From contig NC_068984.1 in assembly GCF_001194135.2 (NCBI RefSeq), positions 36,195,032 through 36,237,948 of the forward strand: a stretch of DNA of 42,917 nt. The letters run 5' to 3'. This document shows positions 1 to 11,226 of the stretch, piece after piece. Position numbers and translations under genes: made by a program. The notes beneath the pieces were generated by a model, which worked only from the letters and a program-made list of their open reading frames with translations, did no database searches and was not told the DNA's origin. Source of the DNA: Octopus bimaculoides (Eukaryota). Each line of letters begins with the position of its first letter. The stretch's first letter is position 1.

Positions 1-35
<35 letters not shown>

Positions 36-1707
36 GACACACACTATTACTGCATATACATATACACATTTCCCTCCTCTTCCTCGCTCTCTATTTAGGT
101 GCACTTATGTATATGTATGTCTGTACAACTGTGTGTGTGTGTGTGTAATATTCTGGTTAATTCATTGCCATAATTTTATCAATATATATTTCGACAATTT
201 CTTCTTTTAGCGCTCCTCGTTAAAATGAGCAGTTTTCTATACATAAAAATAAAGCATTTAGCGCTGTGAAAAAAGAAAAATAGAATAAAAATATAGATAA
301 ACAAGATATCGCTTCAATGTTCAGACCGAACGAATTCACTCACACACATTCACTAACTCACACACACGCACACACATAAACACACACGTTTGGTCCGTTT
401 TTGTGTATATGTGTCTGTATAAAAATATGTGTCCTTAGACATTATATGCATATACATAACACTAGCACTTACACAGTTAACACAGTCATACTCTTACACA
501 CTCACACACTAACATAGAGTCATATATCTATATTGATTCACATATAATTCGTCATTAAAGTAAAACGATGAATATAAAAACAGATCATGCAAATGTCTCA
601 ATATAATATAAAAGTTATTAGAGTGTCTTGATTGTTATATTTTATTTTGTTCCATTACACATAACATTTTAGTTTATTCATAATGTTCATTAGTGAGCGA
701 ATGGTTTCACACCATTGTAGCACCAAACAAACTGATAAAATGACAGTTATACAGTAGATATTCACAGTTATATGTAGAAGTGTTGAAATTTTGTAAGCTT
801 ACATGCACACAGAAATACACAAACAAATACATATGTGTTAGTGTACACAAATACATGCATATATGAGTGCGTGTACGTATGTGTGTAAGTCCATGTGTCA
901 ATGTTGCCTGTATATATACATGTGTGTGTGTGTACGTGTGTGTGGCGTGTGTGTATGTGTGTATGCATGTGTGTTTGTGTGTATTTACACACAAACATAT
1001 AACAACGTATTTTCTATTTAGTTATGTATGTGATTACTTGTATAGACGTGTATATGTTTTAAACCCTTCGGTATGCATACATATGTGCTTTTATTTCTGT
1101 ATGTATGTAACCATACATTCCATGAGGATATGCGTGTGTGGATATTTCTAGATAGTGTATGCATGTATAATATATATATATGTATATATACATATAACAG
1201 CATACCCTCCTTTTTCCTGCGTGTACTTCCACAACTGTCACTGCTCCTCTCAGTTTGCCTTTCCCCTCTCTCTCTCTCCCTCTCTTTTCTCTCTCGCTTC
1301 CCCTCTCTGTGCTGTGACCAGCCCATTTCATTTATCCTCCATCGTTTCTTCACTTGATTTAGTTCCTAGACTGGACGAGTGTTTCCCTCTCCTTGGCAGG
1401 CTTTCACTTTATGTATTATCTTTCCACTCTTCATTATATTTTTTTCTAGCCTTTTGTCTTTCTTCCATCCATCGCTCTACCTTTTCCCTGAGTCCTCAAG
1501 GACAGGATTCATAGCGTTGCTATTACATCTGTCACGACTCAGATATATAACATTATACCCGTCATTTGTTTGTTTTAGTTACCGTCCTTGTTATTCGTTA
1601 TTTATTCTTTTTTTTTTTATTTCACCGTTCTGCAAACAAACTGTCGTTTTTGTGTCGGTCTCATTCTGCTCTTCATGTTCGCATTCATATGCCAGCAATC
1701 ATATAAC

Positions 1708-1919
1708 GGTGGCGAGCTAGCAAAAATATTAGCACGCCGGGTGGAATGCTTAACGGTATTTCGCTTGTTTTATGTTCTGATTTCAAATTCTGCCGAGGTC
1801 GATTTGCCTTTCAACCTTTCGGAGTCGTTAAATTAACTACCAGTTTCCTACTGGGGTCGATCTAATCGACTGCTCCTTCCCCGAAATTTTGGACCTTGTG
1901 CCTAGAATAGAAAAGAATC
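1708..1919 (+). mobile_element. tRNA-derived SINE, family A
   Basis: Head GGTGGCGAGCTAGCA..TTAGCACGCCGG, B-box-like TTCAAATTC, central TTTGCCTTTCAACCTTTCGGAGTCG..TACCAG and tail GGACCTTGTGCCTAGAATAGAAA; the same sequence recurs many times in the window. Confidence 0.85.
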
Positions 1920-2058
1920 ATATCCCAGCAGCTTTTTTGATGTTGATACCACCAAAATAAACGGATAATTGATGACTGATGAGCTTGTCCACGTCGCTTC
2001 TGTGTGTTTTCTGAGTTCCTCTGTCGCCTTTCAATGCAAGCATATATGTATATATATA

Positions 2059-2430
2059 GGCGCAGGAGTGGCTGTGTGGTAGGTAGCTTGCCTACCAATC
2101 ACATGGTTCCGAGTTCAGTCCCACTGCGTGGCATCTTGGGCAAGCGTCTTCTACTATAGCCTTGGGCCGACCAAAGCCTTGTGAGTGGATTTGGTAGACG
2201 GAAACTGAAAGAAGCCCGTCGTATATATATGTATATATATATATATGTGTGTGTGTCTGCGTTTGTCCCCCAATGCTGGTGTGTTTATGTCCCCGTCAGT
2301 TAGCGGTTCGGCAAAAGAGACCAATAGAATAAGTACCAGGCTTACAAAGAATAAGTCCCGGGGGTCGATTTGCTCGACTAAAGGCGGTGCTCTAGCATAG
2401 CCGCAGTCAAATGACTGAAACAAGTAAAAA
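2059..2430 (+). mobile_element. tRNA-derived SINE, family B (CORE-like, resembles octopus OR2)
   Basis: A-box GTGGCTGTGTGGT, B-box GAGTTCAGTCCC, then GGCATCTTGGGCAAG resembling the CORE-SINE GTGACCTTGGGCAAG motif; internal (TA)/(TG) tract. A second copy lies at 14816-14968. Confidence 0.8.
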
Positions 2431-2749
2431 TATATATATGTGTGTGTGGGGGGGGGTGCGTGTGTGTATGTGTGTGTGTGTGTGTGTGTATCAAATTAAA
2501 TACACAACTGAAAGAGGTACTAATAGTTTCATACTATTATGATACTTGAAAAGAATGCAGACCTATTATTTCCATATGATTTCCATGCTATTACAGGTTC
2601 TTCGTAATCCTTTCTATGTTCTGTTATCAATTTCAACATTCTAAGTGATACACGAATATTTTACAGCAATATGTATGTTTAGAATTATACAATTGTATGT
2701 CCACAAAAAGAAAAAAATTAATAGGAAATAGGAACAATTAATAGGTATA

Positions 2750-2773
2750 TAGCTAGCTAGCTAGCTAGCTAGC

Positions 2774-2835
<62 letters not shown>
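2750..2835. repeat. Compound (TAGC)n-(TAGA)n microsatellite
   Basis: Read directly from the sequence. Confidence 0.95.
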
Positions 2836-2911
2836 CTCACAGTCATGATAGATCGTTGACCAACACCATTCAATTTTTTTCTCCGTGTTTTTCTCCTTGT
2901 TTTCTCCGTAT

Positions 2912-2948
2912 TCTTTCTGTTGAAGAGCGTAGCTCGAAAGGTTAAAGA
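2912..2948 (+). ncRNA. Degenerate minimal type I hammerhead ribozyme motif in a probable PLE terminal-repeat fragment (about 2836-3044)
   Basis: TCTTT-CTGTTGA-A-GAGC gta GCTC-GAAAG-GTT-AAAGA: stem I 5 bp and stem II 4 bp are perfect; the core deviates at A6>U and C15.2>G. Confidence 0.6.
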
Positions 2949-3041
2949 CTTTCCGTTTTCCCGAGCGTCATACTAATACATTCATTTGTTGTTTACACCA
3001 CCTGTCCTCGTCTGTTATTGTTTTTCTTTTCGTACATTCTC

Positions 3042-3075
<34 letters not shown>

Positions 3076-3152
3076 NNNNNNNNNNNNNNNNNNNNNNNNN
3101 NNNNNNNNNNNNNNNNNNNNNNNNNNNNNNNNNNNNNNNNNNNNNNNNNNNN

Positions 3153-3325
3153 TTTTTCCTCGCGGACAAGTGAATTTTGGAGGAAGGGCCTCGCATATTT
3201 AGCAGACAGATGGAAGAGCATTGTACAAAATGAAGGAAAGTATATCTTAGATTAAAAAAGAACTTTGTTTATCATAATTTTCAAAAGTAAAGCAAAAAAC
3301 TGCATTATGTATGGGATGACGGAAT
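3153..3325 (+). mobile_element. Mariner transposon 3' end
   Basis: Encodes FSSRTSEFWRKGLAYLADRWKSIVQNEGKYILD* (mariner transposase C-terminus), followed by a mariner-type TIR GCATTATGTATGGGATGACGGAATA. The 5' part is lost in the N gap. Confidence 0.85.
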
Positions 3326-3371
3326 ATGTATATGTATGTATGTTTATGTATGCAGAAAGAGAGAGAGAGAG

Positions 3372-3405
<34 letters not shown>

Positions 3406-6364
3406 AAAGAGAAATAAAGCGAGAGAGAGAAAGATCGATCGATAGATAGATTTCGATATATACAGAAATATGTCTATATATAGATCGATAAATATATACA
3501 TGTGTAAACACTCACACACATTCATAAACACACACATATACATGAATGCATGTATGTTTGCGTGTGTGTGATAATGATAAGTGCATGCACTTGTGTATGT
3601 TTATAATGTAATATAACTTAATATACATACATAATTCCATTTATATCCGGTCAGTTCGTGCATTACACTAGAATACTTGAAATGACTTTAGCAAAATTAT
3701 CATCAATGTTCACACGCATCATTATAAAATATGCACAGATACACTTGTATATGTATATGTGTGCGTATGTGCATATATATGTGTGTGTACACTCACACTT
3801 ACACATACTCATGCACATACCGCGAATGATTGACTGTTGTGATTTTAGCCTTCGCAACTATCATTTCTCAGGTTCGATTTTTTTTCTGCTGCTGATACTC
3901 AATTCTCATCAACGTAACCTTAGGTTCTCTCTAGAAATGAAATTGGATACATAGAAAACGTGAAAAAGGGCATTGTTTCGACCATGTGATGTTCATCCGT
4001 GGTACTGATATCTATACAATATTTAATCACTATGCATGCCAAATTAATGAGTACATGGTTCAGTCGATCGAAGAAATTGCCTTTCAGACATCAATATTGA
4101 CAGGTGAATCAATCGTCACTAACATATACATTACGTTTTCACGATAATAGGGGACATAAATCTTTGATGATTTGTTGACTTTACCAGTGACGGTTTTTCA
4201 TCGTAAAGTAAGAGCTGGGGAGAAAATTAAAATAGGGGATCCTAGATGAGTGCAGCTACTCAGCCTGGTCGGGGGCAATAAATAAAGACCGATATAGACA
4301 AACCTATTGAGATAGAAAGAATCATTAAGACACAGGAGAAGTGGAGGAAGTAAAGGACAGAGCAGTTACAGGATGAGTTACACTTTAATTTTGGAGTATG
4401 AATAATTTTATTTCGAAAAATTGTATTCATTTCGTCAATTTGCATAAGACGAAATTATATGTTTAGTACTTGGCCTTTTTTATGTCGAACTAGTAAGTTA
4501 CATGACGATATAGGACAGGATATATCCCCTAGCGTGTGCTTGCTTGAACACACATACGTACAAGCACCTATTGACAAAAACGTCAGTGCTTTTGGAAAAA
4601 TTTTGTTACGTTGCTTCAGCTTTTTACGTACAGATTTGAAATCACGATGATTTCAACTATGACATACATAGTTTTGGGTTCAACAAAATAAATGGAAATC
4701 AAGTACTGTGTTTGATGGTTTCTCTCCAATTTGTGGCTCTATGCGTAAATGAGAAACCATAAATTAATATGGCGGTGAGCTTGCAGAGTTACTAAACCAT
4801 TGCAACAATGCTTAACGCGATATCTTAACGTTCTCGGTTAAAATCTAGTTAAGATCAGCTTGAAGTTCCTTCCTCCATGCCCCCCAAATTAAATGTTAGT
4901 CAGACGGTACACAATCTAAATCAGAAACAACAGTAGTTCTGAAGACTAAGAATGATAAAAACAACAACATCTCTAAATACTAGCATCCATAACAACAATA
5001 AAGCCAGCATGACTTAAAAAAGGCAGTCATGGTAAGAATAAAACAACAGTAACTATTATAGAATGAACAGCAACAACGATGACATTAACAACAGAAAGAA
5101 CAGAGTTACAGAAGATAGCCGGATCAATGGAAATAATAACGGCAAACACAGTAACATGTCAAAGTACCGACATTTTTTTCTTACATTACATTTTTTTACA
5201 TTACATCTGTCCGTGTATTATATTTACTCAGATACATCACACTCATCCCTTCACCACCAGCATAAGTGAAGTCGTGAAATTGAATCACAAATGTCGGATC
5301 GTTGGCGACTAAATCGGCAACCCCACAGAGCTTGCTCCATGAGGAGGGTGTTAGTTTTTTTCTTTTTCTAGTTAGTCTCTGCATGATGAAAACAAGTCTT
5401 GTCGGGAATCAACGATCATCCAAATACCTTGTCTTCATTAGTTGTGCCGCTGAGGACTGCTGTAATAATGATAATCATGAACNNNNNNNNNNNNNNNNNN
5501 NNNNNNNNNNNNNNNNNNNNNNNNNNNNNNNNNNNNNNNNNNNNNNNNNNNNNNNNNNNNNNNNNNNNNNNNNNNNNNNNNNNNNNNNNNNNNNNNNNNN
5601 NNNNNNNNNNNNNNNNNNNNNNNNNNNNNNNNNNNNNNNNNNNNNNNNNNNNNNNNNNNNNNNNNNNNNNNNNNNNNNNNNNNNNNNNNNNNNNNNNNNN
5701 NNNNNNNNNNNNNNNNNNNNNNNNNNNNNNNNNNNNNNNNNNNNNNNNNNNNNNNNNNNNNNNNNNNNNNNNNNNNNNNNNNNNNNNNNNNNNNNNNNNN
5801 NNNNNNNNNNNNNNNNNNNNNNNNNNNNNNNNNNNNNNNNNNNNNNNNNNNNNNNNNNNNNNNNNNNNNNNNNNNNNNNNNNNNNNNNNNNNNNNNNNNN
5901 NNNNNNNNNNNNNNNNNNNNNNNNNNNNNNNNNNNNNNNNNNNNNNNNNNNNNNNNNNNNNNNNNNNNNNNNNNNNNNNNNNNNNNNNNNNNNNNNNNNN
6001 NNNNNTATATATATATATATATATATATATCGCTGAGGAGCTCAGAGCACTAGGTTGGTGTCCAGTGCAGAATAGGTAAATAATATTTTAGACTAGAGTG
6101 TCCCTGATGACTTTTGAAGCCAATCCCTCCAGAGATGGTGTCTCGATAAAAATACTGGTAGCCGTGACAGCGTATCACCCCTTTTCTCGGCGTAAATGGG
6201 GACTGACTTTTACGTGACGAACCCTCCCCGGCAGGTGGCTTGTGGGTGAGCCGCAGAAACGCGGTCTTCATTATATTACGTATATCTTCATTTCTGCGAT
6301 TAATCATCACATTCGTGAACCAAATAGAAGCCATCACAGACGCGGCCTGCTGGCTCAAAAATGT

Positions 6365-6472
6365 TCATGCATGGGTAGGAAGCGTAGCATAATTCCACTG
6401 AAATGATTTATGCCTGCGGTATTTGTTTTGGCGGGAAAAACACCAAGTCGGATACTTTTTGAATGCACCCCG
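6365..6472 (-). mobile_element. Mariner-type transposon terminus
   Basis: Minus strand reads TA-CGGGGTGCATTCAAAAAGTATCCGACTT, a typical mariner TIR with flanking TA. No partner TIR was found. Confidence 0.6.
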
Positions 6473-7764
6473 TACGTGGGTGTCGTATGAGAAAACATTT
6501 ATAAGCTGAATGAACAAAATACGTCCGTTTCTTTTTTTTTTTTACTAAAAGTAAGAAGCGGACGTGTACTGAGAAATTATACACGTTTTTGTGAATAGCA
6601 GCATCAGTTTTAGCTTTTTTGTTTTGTGTGTGTGTGAGGGGGGATTTGTATGAATGCGTGTCATATTGTGTTTTCACAATATGTATGCAAACGTGTCTTC
6701 ATAATTTAAAAGAGCGTCTATGATAATCATGAATATGTATGCAAATATAATAACTGCACCACCATGCCAATTGCAGCAGGCAGCTTGTTCAATTAGCTCA
6801 CTATGAATTGTAACGAAAATGACGTGATCTGTACGGGATACAATTTTCACGTGTGCGTTGAAGCTAGAGAAACAAACATGTTCTGTTCAGTTCATTAGAC
6901 GCTGGTTTTGTGATTTGGTTACGTGCTGCTATAATGTTCTGTGAACACAAATGAAGCCATTTTCAGACAAACCGCAAACCTACGACCACACACACGTACA
7001 TCATTTTCGTAAATATTCGGTGAGGTAGTCACATCTAATTGTGAGACAGGGCGCCGTAAAGTTCCGCTACTTTTGCTGTTGCTCGTTGATGCATATATAA
7101 TGCGATAATAAATATTCAGAGATATATATTGCATATAGATATGTAAACCTTATCTAGAAACAAAATTTTTACACGAGTGACTAACTGCCATCCTATTATT
7201 TTGTTTGTTGTTGTTGTTGTTACATGCATTTTCAAAAGTTGTTGTTGCTCATTATGAAATCCTTGTGGCTCATTTCGAAATCTTTATCCGCGGGACATCA
7301 CTATTTAAAAACTAATAGCAAGGCATTTCTTCAGTGGAATTAAAACATGTGATATTTGGTATGTTTATTCAATTATTTATTGTTCACAGAATCCTCTAAT
7401 ATTTGTTACGTTAGATTTAACTATACAGCTGGTAATATTTATGTCCAACTAAAGGATTTGCACTAAATAATTGTGTTACTTTCATGCTATTACAGCACAA
7501 GATTCACTGTGCTGAAATAATTGAGAAGAAATTTTAGAAAACGATGAACTTTGAATAAGGATTAATGAATAATCTTGGATAATTAAGAATTGCTTTGATA
7601 ATTTACATAACACTTTCAGCTGTGTAGTAATAAACGAGAGAAAAATTAAGCATTGTCAACACCAGTAAAAACAAGACAATAAAAATTATGATACTTAAAA
7701 CAAGTGTCGACACGTTTTTAAGTCATAGATAATCAGATTGAAATTTACTACAGTATTCGACTAT

Positions 7765-7777
7765 TATTATTATTATA

Positions 7778-7845
<68 letters not shown>

Positions 7846-7894
7846 CATCATCATTATTAATATTATTATTATCATTATTATTATTATTATTATT
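7765..7894. repeat. (ATT)n microsatellite
   Basis: Read directly; abuts a SINE head. Confidence 0.95.
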
Positions 7895-8100
7895 AAGGCT
7901 AGCAGAATCGTTAGCACACTGGACAAAATGCTTAGCGGTATTCTGCACGTCGCTAGACTCCGAGTTCAAATTTCGCCGATGTCAACTTTGCCTTTCATCC
8001 TTCGGGGGTCAATAAGTTAAGTACCAGTTGCGTACTGGGTTCGATTTAATAGACTGTCCCCCTCCCCCACAATTTCAAGTCCTGTGCCTATAGGGGAAAA
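7895..8100 (+). mobile_element. SINE family A copy
   Basis: GCTAGCAGAATCGTTAGCAC..GAGTTCAAATT..TTTGCCTTTCATCCTTCGGGGGTC..AAGTACCAG; flanked by (ATT)n on both sides. Confidence 0.85.
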
Positions 8101-8439
8101 TATCATTATTATTATTAGTAGTATTATTATTATTATTATTATTTTCTGTAGCATTTTCTTTCAATTCTGTTTCAATTTCTTGGCAAGTGTCTTCCTGACA
8201 CGTACTGTATACACTGGCACGTCATTAAATCAAAGATACTAGAATGTAAAATATTCGTGTATCACTTAGAATGTTGAAATTGATAACAGAACATAGAAAG
8301 GATTACGAAGAACCTGTAATAGCATGGAAATCATATGGAAATAATAGGTCTGCATTCTTTTCAAGTATCATAATAGTATGAAACTATTAGTACCTCTTTC
8401 AGTTGTGTATTTAAAGATGAAAAAAAAAGGAAAGAAAAT

Positions 8440-9310
8440 TCACAGCGATATGTGTGACGTACCAGTTAAGAGAATCTTTTGCACTTTCTGCATGTATGGT
8501 AAGTCAGGTATCATTCTTAAATAATTTTCAGTTCCTTTTTGTATCATTCCAAGTGTTCCTTCAATCACTGGTATTGTAACCGTCTTGATATGCCACAACT
8601 TTTCGATTTCAATTAGCAAATTGTACTGTCTACCGGGGTTTTGTATTGTCCGAGGTCCTTGTTGTGACAAGGACCTCAGACAGAAAATATTATACGTAAT
8701 ATGCGTGCAGTTCCAACTAATGCCAATTGTTGCAAAACGCCTAGATTTTAGGGTATTTCTAAAGTCTGCAGATGTTTTATCAGATTGTGTAGTATTGAAG
8801 TCAATGCTCCGATGACAATACGGACATACTTTATGTTTGACTCTAGAAGCGATCTCAGTTATCAGGTCCCCATATCTATCAATCGGTTGTCTTTCTTTCA
8901 TGATAATATATTGATCTATTGGCACTGCCATGTCAATTATTACGCACTCTTGTTTGTCCTGCCTAAAGGGTTATTATATCCAGCCTTCGGTGCTCTAACA
9001 CTTTGTCTGTCTGAAATCAAATTCCCAGAGGCGTTTTCACGTCCTCTTTTCGTCCATTACCTTTTCCAGTGTATGTTGATACCAAGAACCCGTTACCTCG
9101 TATCCCTACTACTTTTTTCGTGCATCTGCTTGTAGGCTTTCTGTGCAAGAATTTCATAAGCATTACCAATGTGAGTAAGGTTACTACTCTTTTCCTGCAC
9201 ATACTGCAGAGATCCGTTGCACTTGTGTGGTATATATCCCTTTCCACAGAGTTTGTATTCACTGCCTGGTCATGGGGAGCGATGATTAGGTTTTCAGTAT
9301 TCTTCTTTTA
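8440..9310 (-). mobile_element. Decayed R4/Dong-clade non-LTR retrotransposon (zinc knuckle and RLE endonuclease region)
   Basis: ENLIIAPHDQAVNTNSVERDIYHTSATDLCSMC (CCHC region) and YNLLIEIEKLWHIKTVTIPVIEGTLGMIQKG..QKVQKILLTGTSHI (RLE C-terminus); frameshifted. Confidence 0.85.
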
Positions 9311-9390
9311 GGTCACTTGCTGAGCCAGCTCCATGATGCTTCCTGAACCATCTTCTAGACGCTCCTTGAGACACCTCCATGATGCTCTCT

Positions 9391-9400
9391 GAGCAACCTC

Positions 9401-9441
<41 letters not shown>

Positions 9442-9514
9442 CAACAACAATAATAATAATAATAATAACAGCAACAACAAGAACAAGAACAACAACAACA
9501 ACAACAACAACGAA

Positions 9515-9582
<68 letters not shown>
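9391..9582. repeat. (AAT)n/(AAC)n compound microsatellite
   Basis: Read directly. Confidence 0.95.
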
Positions 9583-9584
<2 letters not shown>

Positions 9585-9660
9585 TCGAAAAATACCTTAG
9601 GAATGAGAAACCAGGTTCGAAATTTCCCCAAGACACCTGATGAAGGCTGGAGGGTATATC
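9583..9660 (+). mobile_element. PLE terminal-repeat fragment with 5' half of a hammerhead ribozyme
   Basis: Near-identical to the reverse complement of about 18637-18715; GACAC-CTGATGA-A-GGCTG at 9632-9649, cut off inside loop II. Confidence 0.8.
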
Positions 9661-9886
9661 AAGATAGTGCTCATGGGAACTACCTATATCCTACGTAAAT
9701 TAAAAAAGATAGTGCTCATGGGTCTTGTCCATATCTTATGTAAAATATTGCCTATGTGATCTCAGAATTTGAAACACCCTAGTCATAACCCCAACATGAT
9801 TTTATAACTTGTTGTCTTTTGAGGTCTTTGGGTGAGACCTGCAAATACAAAGCAAAAGTCAAACATATAATATTCTTTTTATTTTC

Positions 9887-9953
<67 letters not shown>
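9661..9953 (+). mobile_element. R4/Dong-clade LINE extreme 3' end with (AAT)n tail
   Basis: KIVLMGTTYILRK then KIVLMGLVHILCKILPM*; 3'UTR GAGGTCTTTGGGTGAGAC..AAAGCAAAAGTCAAACATA similar to the 3'UTR near 35634-35700 (-); (AAT)n at 9887-9953. Confidence 0.8.
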
Positions 9954-9954
<1 letters not shown>

Positions 9955-10049
9955 TGAAACAGACGAAAGTTATGGGAAATAAGAGCTCTGCTGTCTTGGT
10001 TGACAATCGTACTAGACATCGGGTATTGATAACAATACCTGTTGGTGGC

Positions 10050-10311
10050 TAAATTTAAAACACAAACCTCATTGTTGAGTGAAAATATTTCTGTAGGATA
10101 GGCTACTAGAACTAAAGAAAAATCTAACTGGGTTCCACCTGCAAGATCATGCGCTGTTTATCTTGATATGAGATCAGCATGACGCGTTCATATGCTTGTG
10201 ATGCTTCTGTCTGGTGTATCCTTATCAGACGGGTAGTCATGATGGGTATACTGGGCTTCGTATATTTTACCCCAGTGTCATTTTGTTGGCATGCACAGGT
10301 TTCTTACTCAC
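10050..10311 (+). mobile_element. Probable retroelement 3' end, family unresolved
   Basis: GTATCCTTATCAGACGGGTAGTCATGATGGGTATACTGGGCTTCGTATATTTTACCCCAGTGTC, recalled as a common octopus repeat, ends directly in a triplet tail. Not verified by search. Confidence 0.45.
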
Positions 10312-10460
10312 AAGAAGAAGAAGAAGAAGAAGAAGAAGAAGAAGAAGAAGAAGAAGAAGAAGAAGAAGAAGAAGAAGAAGAAGAAGAAGAAGAAGAAGAA
10401 GAAGAAGAAGAAGAAGAAGAAGAAGAAGAAGAAGAAGAAGAAGAAGAAGAAGAAGAAGAA
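10312..10460. repeat. Perfect (GAA)n microsatellite, about 49 units
   Basis: Read directly. Confidence 0.97.
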
Positions 10461-11226
10461 ATTATTTCATTTGTAAGAAGGATTAACCACGACAGGGAAT
10501 GCACGAATCAAAAAGGTGGGGGTTTTCTTCGATCAGAAAGGAAATAACTCCCGGAATATGCAAACTACGTCTAAGGCAGGTAACTGGCATGCCTGAGGAT
10601 AAATATAATTTTGATATAAATTACTGGTAGCTACATCAGTCCATTCGGTTTGCAGAAAGCGACAAGTACAGTGTATCATAACATAGATCAATCATTAATA
10701 AATAGATTATGAAGCAAGATATTCCTATGTGCAAATCAATGATTTCGTAAATCAAACTTCATGCAGCAACATGTAGCTGTAATAGAAATAGGTATTTTCG
10801 TTTATTATAAGAAATATAACTAAAAAGAAGGCAAGACATTCTGCCAATAGACTAATGATTATAAGGTCAATAGCAAAATATTCTCTGGGTGTTAACCTCT
10901 ATTGATTGAACTTTATAATATGCGACACAGATAACAACTTTGAAAACTAATGTGGAGCACTATATCTGGGACGAAGTGACCACTATATGATCATCCGACT
11001 TTCTAGGTATATCAGCCAAATATTTCTCAAATATTACGTTTTTGAACAGAAAAGAATTCTGTTATGTGAGTTATAACGTAACCTGCTCGCCGTTAAGTCT
11101 ATAATTATCATACCACAGCTGCATTTGATAATATAATCCTATGTATGCAATGCTGAAATATGGTCTCTACTGGAAGAGATTTGATTTTAGATTCATTCAT
11201 AGAGGATTTATTTCTATCTATATATA

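Noticed and set aside
707-1514. Multiple His/Thr/Tyr/Val/Cys-rich ORFs, and similar ones at 17.5, 22, 25 and 40 kb
   Set aside because: Translations of (CA)n, (TA)n and (CT)n microsatellites; open on both strands with no domain signal.
5196-5384. 62-aa minus-strand ORF (LCGVADLVANDPTFVIQFHDFTYAGGEG..)
   Set aside because: Looks protein-like but has no convincing splice sites and no family I recognise.
6104-6110. CTGATGA hammerhead core half
   Set aside because: No GAAA or stem III at the right spacing.
7723-10547. Poly-Ile, poly-Asn, poly-Leu, poly-Glu, poly-Arg, poly-Lys and poly-Ser ORFs
   Set aside because: Trinucleotide microsatellites read in several frames.
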